Positions 19,420-26,535 of a DNA stretch of 64,000 bases are shown here, one piece after another. Every line of letters starts with the position of its first letter. Position 1 is the stretch's first letter. The notes under the pieces were generated by a model, which worked only from the letters and a program-made list of their open reading frames with translations, was not told the origin of the DNA and made no database searches. A program made the position numbers and the translations under genes. Source of the stretch: Thermodesulfobacteriota bacterium (GTDB lineage Bacteria > Desulfobacterota > Desulfobacteria > Desulfobacterales > SURF-7); NCBI GenBank assembly GCA_049320885.1, contig JBMORA010000047.1, forward strand, positions 14,754-78,753, written 5' to 3'.

Positions 19420-19477
19420 GCCCGGAACCGGTATTTGCCGAAGTTTTGTGGCGGTTGGCCTTGAGGGACAATTGCTG

Positions 19478-19512
19478 AAAACCCTGCCTGGAAGTGTGGC
19501 GGGGTTTTTTTT
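19478..19512 (+). terminator. Intrinsic terminator
   Basis: AAAACCCTGCC / GGCGGGGTTTT stem followed by a T8 run. Confidence 0.75.
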
Positions 19513-19580
19513 ACCCGGAACCGTGTTCCCGGAACAAGGACAACCCGATCAGAAACCGAACTATTACGAGGAAAAACGCC

Positions 19581-20888
19581 ATGAACCCCCTTGCGGAAGA
19601 ATTGAATCGAAATCTTGAAAAAAATCAACCGGTCATCCTGTCGATGCTGTCTGAAATGGGCAAGAATCTGTTTTTCCCGAAGGGAATTCTCAGCCAGAGC
19701 GCCGAAGCCAAGCAGAAGGCCCATAAATTGAACGCCACCATCGGCATCGCCACGGAGGGCAAGGGCATTATGCATTTTTCCTCCATCATGAATCAGATGA
19801 ACGATCTCAAACCGGAGGAAACCCTGACCTATGCGCCTTCCTTCGGCATTCCCGCGTTGCGGAAAGCCTGGCAGCAGGCGATCGTCGAAAAAAATCCCTC
19901 CCTTTCCGGCCGGGCCATCAGCCTGCCGGTGGTGACCTGCGGGATTACCCATGCCCTCAGCATTTTCGGCGATGTCTGGGTGAACCCGGGGGATACGATC
20001 CTGCTGCCGGATATGATGTGGGGCAACTACAACATGATTTATTCCGTCCGCCGGGGCGCCCGGATCGCCTCATACCGGTTGTTTTCCCCCGAGGGTGGCT
20101 TCAACCTCGCGGCCTTTGAGGCCTGTCTGCGTCAGGAGGCTGAAAAACGGGACAAGATCATCGTGCTGCTGAACTTCCCGCAGAATCCCAGCGGATACAC
20201 GGTCACCAAAACCGAAGGCGCCCGGATCGCTGATATCCTGACCGAGACGGCCGCCCGGGGGACCAAAGTCATCGTCGTGCTGGATGACGCCTATTTCGGC
20301 CTCTTCTATGAAGAGGAGACCATGAAGGAGTCCCTGTTCTCCCTCCTGAGCGATCGCCATGCCAATCTGCTGGCGGTCAAGCTGGACGGCGCCACCAAGG
20401 AGAATTTCGTCTGGGGGTTGCGGGTCGGGTTCATCACCTACGGCTGCAGGATCGAGGGCGATGCCGCCCTGGTCTACGAGGCGTTGGAACGCAAGACCGC
20501 CGGCGCCATCCGGGGAAATATTTCCAATGCCTCCCACCTGGGCCAGACCCTTACCTTAAAATCCATGCAGAGCGAGACGTACCGACAGGAGAAGGCGGCG
20601 AAGTTTGCGATTCTGAAAAAGCGGGCCAACCGCGTGAAAGCGGTCCTGGCCGACCCCAAGTACCGGGATGCCTGGGATGTCTATCCCTTCAATTCCGGCT
20701 ATTTCATGTGCATCCGGCTCAAGGCGGTGGATGCGGAAACCCTGCGCCGCCATCTGCTGGAACGCTACGGCGTGGGGCTCATCGCCCTCGGGGAGCGGAA
20801 CCTGCGGGTGGCTTTTTCCTGCCTGGAAGAAAACGAAATCCAGGAGCTTTTCGATATCGTTCTCCAGGGCGTGACGGATCTGGCCTGA
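19581..20888 (+). CDS. PLP-dependent aminotransferase class I/II
   Basis: NFPQNPSGY, DDAY, DGATK (PLP Lys), GLRVG. Confidence 0.9.
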   Translation: MNPLAEELNRNLEKNQPVILSMLSEMGKNLFFPKGILSQSAEAKQKAHKLNATIGIATEGKGIMHFSSIMNQMNDLKPEETLTYAPSFGIPALRKAWQQAIVEKNPSLSGRAISLPVVTCGITHALSIFGDVWVNPGDTILLPDMMWGNYNMIYSVRRGARIASYRLFSPEGGFNLAAFEACLRQEAEKRDKIIVLLNFPQNPSGYTVTKTEGARIADILTETAARGTKVIVVLDDAYFGLFYEEETMKESLFSLLSDRHANLLAVKLDGATKENFVWGLRVGFITYGCRIEGDAALVYEALERKTAGAIRGNISNASHLGQTLTLKSMQSETYRQEKAAKFAILKKRANRVKAVLADPKYRDAWDVYPFNSGYFMCIRLKAVDAETLRRHLLERYGVGLIALGERNLRVAFSCLEENEIQELFDIVLQGVTDLA

Positions 20889-21000
20889 TATCCTTGCTCC
20901 GTAAACAATCGTGCCGGACGCAATTCCCGAAGCCTGCCGGTGCGGCTTCGGGTTTGCGCCCGGCCTGCCGTGTTCTCCCCCCTCGCCGCGAAAGAGCGGC

Positions 21001-22746
21001 CTAGTTCTCCTCATATCGTTGCGCCGGATGGACTTCCCGGCCGATGTGCTCCCAGTGAAGCGAAAACCCCTTTCCGGTGACAATGGATTCATCGGTCACC
21101 GCAACCCGGCCGTCCTCCGGCAGGACCACTTCCATGGGGCATTTATCCAGGATGTCTTGTCGCACATCCACCCCCGGCATGACCTCGGTCAAGAGCATGC
21201 CGCGTTCCGTCAGCCGGAACACCCCCACGTTGGTGACATACAGCACGGTTTTACCTTTTTTCAAGGCCTGGGCGCCGCTCATGGTGATTTCGGAAACCTT
21301 GGCGACGAATTTGTGGGGACCGGGTTTCCGGATGCGCAAGCGGCCGTCGGTGATTTCCAGTTCGGCATGGGCCATCCAGCTGCCCACGAAGATAATCGTA
21401 TTGGCAGCGGTGCAGAAATCGGGAAATCCGCCCGGTCCGACATAATTCAAGGGACCTTCGCCGCGTCTGGAAACATTCAGATTGCCGCGGCTGTCGGCCT
21501 CCAGAATGCCCAGGATCGCCGCATCCAGATGATCGTAGCATAAATGGAAAACCTGGGCGGAAGACATGATTTCCTTGGGATTCACGGCTGCGCCGAAAAA
21601 TACGCCCGGGGCCGGCATGCCGCCCACCACACCGGTTTCGGACATGAAGGTCACATCCGGGAACAGGCCGCCTTCATAGATCAGTCGGGCGACTTCCTCC
21701 GGCAAGCCCACGCCGATGATGATATTGCTGCATTTTTTAACATGACGGGTGAATACCGAGGCGGCCAGCCGGGCCAGGGCATCCTCCACCGGACCGCGCT
21801 TGGGGGTGATTCCCAGGAAGCGGTTGATGAACCGAAGTTTTTCGATGGATTCGTCCATGTTTTCTTGGGCCCCTTCGGTGAACATTTTCCAGTATTTGCG
21901 CTGGGGAATCGAACCGGTTTGCTCGTTATGGGGGTGAACCACCAGGGCGTCCACCATGTGGGCGGGCAGAAAGATGTTGGCCGGATCCTTTTCGATGATT
22001 TCCGCGACGCTCACCAGCACTTTGCCGCCGTTGGCCCGGGCGGCCAGGGCCGATTCATGGCTTTCGGTGAACAGACAGCAATTCCGGATGTAGATGTTGC
22101 CCTCCCGGTCGGCTGCCGGGGCGATGAAGTACGCCACGTCGATGGGCGGGAAGCGGTAGCGCAGCTTGTCCCCGGCCGCTTCGGAAAGGCTTTGCCCGCT
22201 TCCGGGAGCCACCACCGTGCCGTTGCCCACCCGGGGATCCAGGAAAGTTCCCACGCCGGTTTCGGTTTCCAGATCGAATTGGCCGCGAATCTGGGCTTCG
22301 ATCAGGAAGGTTTCGATGCCCTGGGGAAAGGTATGCAGTTCGACAGCCCCCTGGTCGGCCAGTTTCAGCATGGATTTGACGGTTTCATGATGTCCGGCGA
22401 TGAAGCGGGTGATCAACCCTTTGTGCTTGCCGAGTTCCTCGATGGTACCGGGGACCCGGCCGCGCCCGCCCTGGGCGCCGACGATGATATGGGTCAGGTC
22501 ACGGGGATGCCCGGTTTCCCGGAACAACCGTTCGATTGCCCAGAAAAAGACCGAGGGCCGGGCGTTGCCAGCCATGGCGCAGGAAAAGGTGGTGGCGCCG
22601 TCCGGAATCATCCTGACCGCTTCCATGGCGGTCATGAATTTGGGATGGTCGATCCCCTTGGGTCGATAGTCCAGATCCTTCCGGTTCCATGTCAGGCGCC
22701 ATTTCAGAATATGCAATACCAAGCGGCTTTTTTCGAAAATGTTCAT
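21001..22746 (-). CDS. Family I CoA-transferase, fused alpha-beta (propionate CoA-transferase/YdiF-like)
   Basis: ADREGNI, IGVGLPE, catalytic SETG, GPGGFPDF; GGAGG RBS before ATG 22746. Confidence 0.85.
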   Translation of the reverse strand: MNIFEKSRLVLHILKWRLTWNRKDLDYRPKGIDHPKFMTAMEAVRMIPDGATTFSCAMAGNARPSVFFWAIERLFRETGHPRDLTHIIVGAQGGRGRVPGTIEELGKHKGLITRFIAGHHETVKSMLKLADQGAVELHTFPQGIETFLIEAQIRGQFDLETETGVGTFLDPRVGNGTVVAPGSGQSLSEAAGDKLRYRFPPIDVAYFIAPAADREGNIYIRNCCLFTESHESALAARANGGKVLVSVAEIIEKDPANIFLPAHMVDALVVHPHNEQTGSIPQRKYWKMFTEGAQENMDESIEKLRFINRFLGITPKRGPVEDALARLAASVFTRHVKKCSNIIIGVGLPEEVARLIYEGGLFPDVTFMSETGVVGGMPAPGVFFGAAVNPKEIMSSAQVFHLCYDHLDAAILGILEADSRGNLNVSRRGEGPLNYVGPGGFPDFCTAANTIIFVGSWMAHAELEITDGRLRIRKPGPHKFVAKVSEITMSGAQALKKGKTVLYVTNVGVFRLTERGMLLTEVMPGVDVRQDILDKCPMEVVLPEDGRVAVTDESIVTGKGFSLHWEHIGREVHPAQRYEEN

Positions 22747-23028
22747 GCTCCCCTCCCTTGCAGCCGTCATTCAACGATCCGGAATCCGTTTTTTCTGTTT
22801 CGCGGAATTGACAATCAAGGGAGAGCAAACCACATGCCAGGCGGTTCTATTTCCGAATTGATCTTATAACATTCAGAATATATTTGAAATTCAAGATCAC
22901 TGGATTTCGGTGGGGGGTGTTGTTGAGGGTCGGGATGTCGGAATTTCTAGCAGTCAGTAAAACATTTTCAAACCCGGTTGTTCATGACTGGTAATGGAAT
23001 TCAGCAATCCGCATGATAAACGTGCATG

Positions 23029-23083
23029 GACAATATTCCTTGAAAATCCTTCATTGACATTATGATTTTCAAGGAATATTGTC
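23029..23083. repeat. Perfect 20-bp inverted repeat enclosing a sigma70 promoter
   Basis: GACAATATTCCTTGAAAATC-N15-GATTTTCAAGGAATATTGTC; TTGACA at 23054-59, 17 nt, TATTGT at 23077-82. Confidence 0.9.
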
Positions 23084-23088
23084 GGACC

Positions 23089-24234
23089 ATGATTCCACGT
23101 CCCCAATTGCTTGACCGTATCGAAGAGGTTTTTCGGATTCACCCGGTGACGGCCCTGCTGGGGCCGCGTCAGTGCGGCAAGACCACCCTGGCGCGCATGC
23201 TGGCGGCGCAGCAGCCGAGCACTTTTTTCGATCTGGAAAATGTCGTCGATCTTCGTCGCCTGGAAATCCCCTTGCAGACATTGGACGGGCTTTCCGGCCT
23301 GGTGGTACTGGACGAAATTCAGCGACGGCCGGATCTGTTTGAATTGTTGCGGGTGTTGGCGGATCGTCCTGGGAATTCCGCCCGTTTCCTGATTCTTGGT
23401 TCCGCTTCACCAACTCTTGTCCGGGGAGTTTCCGAGTCGCTGGCCGGACGCATCGGATTTGTGGATATGACCGGCTTCACGCTCCAGGAGGTGGGAAGCG
23501 AGAAGCGGGATGTACTCTGGAACCGCGGTGGCTTCCCGCGGTCGTTTCTGGCAAACGATGACCGGGATAGCAACCAATGGCGGGAGAATTTCGTCCGGAC
23601 CTTCCTGGAACGCGATATTCCCCAGTTGGGGATCCGGGTTCCTTCCGAAACCTTGCGGCGATTCTGGACAATGGTGGCCCACTATCACGGTCAGGTGTGG
23701 AACGCCGCTGAATTCGGGCGATCCCTGGGAGCGTCGGAGAACACCGCCCGCCGGTATCTGGATATTCTGGCCGGCGCATATATGATTCGAATTCTTCCGC
23801 CCTGGTTCGAAAACCTCCCCAAGCGTCAGGTGAAAGCACCCAAGATATATATCCGGGACAGCGGAATGCTGCACACCTTGCTCCAGGTGGCCACGCATGT
23901 CGATCTCCAGGGTCATCCGAAAATCGGAGCCTCCTGGGAAGGGTTCGCCTTGGAACATGTGATCAATTTCCTGGAAACCCGCGATGCCTATTTCTGGGGC
24001 AGCCACGGCGGCGCCGAGCTGGATCTGCTGGTGATGACAAAAGGCAAGCGCTATGGGTTTGAATTCAAATACAGCGACGCGCCCGGCAGCACCCGCTCCA
24101 TGCATGCCGCCATTCAGGATCTGGGATTGGAGCATTTATGGGTGGTGTATCCGGGCTGGCAGGAATATGAGCTGGGTGAACGGATTTCCGCTGTTCCGCT
24201 TTCTACCTTCTTGCCCCGCATAGCAGTGAATTAG
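23089..24234 (+). CDS. AAA_14 ATPase, wHTH and DUF4143 (PD-(D/E)XK-like) protein
   Basis: GPRQCGKT, VLDEIQ, LGSAS, ESLAGR, GGFP, KIYIRDSG, ELDLL...FEFK. Confidence 0.9.
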   Translation: MIPRPQLLDRIEEVFRIHPVTALLGPRQCGKTTLARMLAAQQPSTFFDLENVVDLRRLEIPLQTLDGLSGLVVLDEIQRRPDLFELLRVLADRPGNSARFLILGSASPTLVRGVSESLAGRIGFVDMTGFTLQEVGSEKRDVLWNRGGFPRSFLANDDRDSNQWRENFVRTFLERDIPQLGIRVPSETLRRFWTMVAHYHGQVWNAAEFGRSLGASENTARRYLDILAGAYMIRILPPWFENLPKRQVKAPKIYIRDSGMLHTLLQVATHVDLQGHPKIGASWEGFALEHVINFLETRDAYFWGSHGGAELDLLVMTKGKRYGFEFKYSDAPGSTRSMHAAIQDLGLEHLWVVYPGWQEYELGERISAVPLSTFLPRIAVN

Positions 24235-25073
24235 TGTAGCAGATCCTCATGGAAAACGCTGAAGACGAGACGCTGCCCATCGAAAGGGCAGTCGAATTCC
24301 AGGGCCACGCAGGCCAGGCGAAGACCCGTCTTGTTTTTGTTGTTCCGGCCGTAGCGGGGGTCACCCATCACCGGGTGGCCGATGAGGTCGAAATGGCGGC
24401 GGAGCTGGTGATATCGGCCGGTTTCAATGTCCGCTTCCACCACGGCGGTATCCGTGTCCGGGTGGTAGGCCGCCACTTGGTAAGTGGTCAGGGCCGGTTT
24501 ACCGTCCAGGGCCAGGTCGATCCGGCCGTTGCTCCCGTTTTCCCGGCCGGGGTTCCCCCGCACTTCCAGGCGATAGGTTTTACGGACCAGGCGTTCCCGG
24601 AACAGCCGGGAAAGCCGTCCGGCAGCGTCTTTTGAATGGGCCAGCAGCATCAAACCGGCGGCCTCGCGGTCCAGGCGGTGAACGATGTGCACCGGCCGGC
24701 GCGGCTGAAAAGCGATTTCCGCCATGCGCTGGAGGGAGCAGTGGTCACCGTAGCGGGTCCCCTGGGCCATCAGTCCGGCGGGCTTGATCCAGACGCTGTA
24801 CTGTCTCCGGTCTTCCAGGCAGCGGGCCGGGGGCGGTTTGCGGGCAAGCAGTTCCGCGTCATAGTGCAATTCCAGGATGTCGCCGGCCCGCGGAACGGTG
24901 ACGGCCCGGCGACAGCGGCGGGCCGCTCCCTTGGAATGGAGACAGACGGCGCCTTTGAGCATGGCGTCCTTGACCGCCTGTTTGGACAAACCGGTTTCCG
25001 CGGCGAGAATGGCGCAGACCGGGCGCGTCTCGCCGGAAACCACTTTCAGGGTTGCGGAGAATTTCGTCTCCAT
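24231..25073 (-). CDS. RluA-family pseudouridine synthase
   Basis: KPAG, VHRLD, TGRYHQLR, GDPRYG. Confidence 0.92.
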   Translation of the reverse strand: METKFSATLKVVSGETRPVCAILAAETGLSKQAVKDAMLKGAVCLHSKGAARRCRRAVTVPRAGDILELHYDAELLARKPPPARCLEDRRQYSVWIKPAGLMAQGTRYGDHCSLQRMAEIAFQPRRPVHIVHRLDREAAGLMLLAHSKDAAGRLSRLFRERLVRKTYRLEVRGNPGRENGSNGRIDLALDGKPALTTYQVAAYHPDTDTAVVEADIETGRYHQLRRHFDLIGHPVMGDPRYGRNNKNKTGLRLACVALEFDCPFDGQRLVFSVFHEDLLH

Positions 25074-25093
25074 GGAGATAGGCCGGAATATCC

Positions 25094-26095
25094 CTATGCG
25101 GGAATGAATTCCAACGGCCGGGCCTCCTTCAGGCTGATGGCGTTTTCCGGACAGGTGACCTGGCACAACCCGCAGCCCATGCATTTATCAGCGATGACCC
25201 GCATATATTCCGAAGTCCCGTCCGCCACCTCCTCGATGGCGTTGAAATAACAGCGATCCCGGCAGGTCCCGCAGAAACTGCACTGCTCCGGATCGATGGC
25301 CGCCTGGAAGCGGCTGGGATCGCAAATCTTGAGTCCCTCGGCGATGACCAGGGGCAGGGCCTGGCAGCAGCAGCTGCAGCAGTTGCAGATGAAATGACCC
25401 ACATGGGCCTTGTTCATGGTGACATGCACCAGACCTTTTTCCTCGGCCTCCCGCAGCAGTCTCAGGGCTTCCTGCTTGTCGATCTCCCGGCCGGAGCCGC
25501 GATCGATGGTATAGAGCGCTGCATTGTTCACCTGGAGACAGACCTCCAGGGGTTTGTCGCATTTATGGGCGATGTAGCGGCAGGTGCATTTGGTGACGGC
25601 GATTTTTTCCGCGGTCTCGATGATCCGGTCGACGCTGTCGGCGTCCAGGATCTGATGCTTGCCGGTTTCAATGGATTTCTGAACCGGAATGATCCGGGTA
25701 AAGGGTTTGGGGAAAAACTGTTCCGCCAGCCTCGCGAACAGGGGCCATTCCTCTTCCATGAATTTCTGCCAGAGGTCGAGATACTCCCGGGAGGCATCGG
25801 CCCATAAAATGGTGGCGTCGTGGAATTGGATCATGTCCCGGCACATTTTGTAACCGAGACTGTCGCCTTTGTAGGTTTTGAACGCCAAACCCTTTTTGTA
25901 AAGCGTCCGGCACATTTCCGCTGTGGAGTCCGCGGGGCGGCCCAATTTTTCCGCCAGCTGTTCCGGCGTGCCGGGCATGGCCATGAGGAGTTCGGCCTCT
26001 TCCGGGTCGGCGATCATGCGGAACAATTCCGGGATGATCCTGGAGCCGGTCATCATGATCTTATCGGTCATCTGTTCATAAATGGTCTTGGTCAT
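25094..26095 (-). CDS. Multi-Fe-S protein: HTH-like N-terminus, CNCCSCCC domain, 2x[4Fe-4S] ferredoxin
   Basis: CTCR..C..C, ICNCCSCCC, CSFCGTCRDRC, CMGCGLCQVTCP. Confidence 0.85.
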   Translation of the reverse strand: MTKTIYEQMTDKIMMTGSRIIPELFRMIADPEEAELLMAMPGTPEQLAEKLGRPADSTAEMCRTLYKKGLAFKTYKGDSLGYKMCRDMIQFHDATILWADASREYLDLWQKFMEEEWPLFARLAEQFFPKPFTRIIPVQKSIETGKHQILDADSVDRIIETAEKIAVTKCTCRYIAHKCDKPLEVCLQVNNAALYTIDRGSGREIDKQEALRLLREAEEKGLVHVTMNKAHVGHFICNCCSCCCQALPLVIAEGLKICDPSRFQAAIDPEQCSFCGTCRDRCYFNAIEEVADGTSEYMRVIADKCMGCGLCQVTCPENAISLKEARPLEFIPA

Positions 26096-26276
26096 GGCAG
26101 CTACCCTTCCGATAGGCGTTCGGTCATGTCAATGCGGCAGCATCCGTTGGGCATTCCCGGTTCGAATGGTTGCGGATGGCGCCGGCTGTACTGCAAACAG
26201 GAGGTGTTCCGTCAGGCACTATATAGTCCATATCCGGCGGTAACGCAAGGGCATGGCGGGCGACTTGCACGGGGCC

Positions 26277-26311
26277 AAAAAAAACGAACAGCCGCTGGCA
26301 TCGGCTGTTCG
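26277..26311 (-). terminator. Intrinsic terminator
   Basis: Perfect 10-bp stem CGAACAGCCG/CGGCTGTTCG, 7-nt loop, U8 on the minus strand. Confidence 0.85.
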
Positions 26312-26346
26312 CTTTGAAAAAACTGGCAATTTCGGAAAGGAGGAGA
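26277..26346 (-). ncRNA. Candidate ~70-nt small RNA with CU-rich anti-SD 5' end
   Basis: Bounded by promoter 26380-26352 and terminator 26311-26277; no ORF on this strand. Confidence 0.6.
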
Positions 26347-26351
26347 AGTTG

Positions 26352-26380
26352 ATTATAACAATATTCAAAACCCGGGCCAA
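26352..26380 (-). promoter_or_regulatory. Strong sigma70 promoter with extended -10
   Basis: TTGGCC-17-TATAAT with TGn immediately before the -10. Confidence 0.75.
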
Positions 26381-26535
26381 GTGCGCTGATTTTGGTAAAA
26401 AAATTTTTAGATGGAATATCAATAGGTTAATTTTTAGCTCAGCTGGGCCTTGATCCGGAGACCTTATCTCATCCCGTGGTACAGTCCCATGGATCAGGAT
26501 GATTGTCCTGAAAAGGTGGACAATCGTGTATTCAA

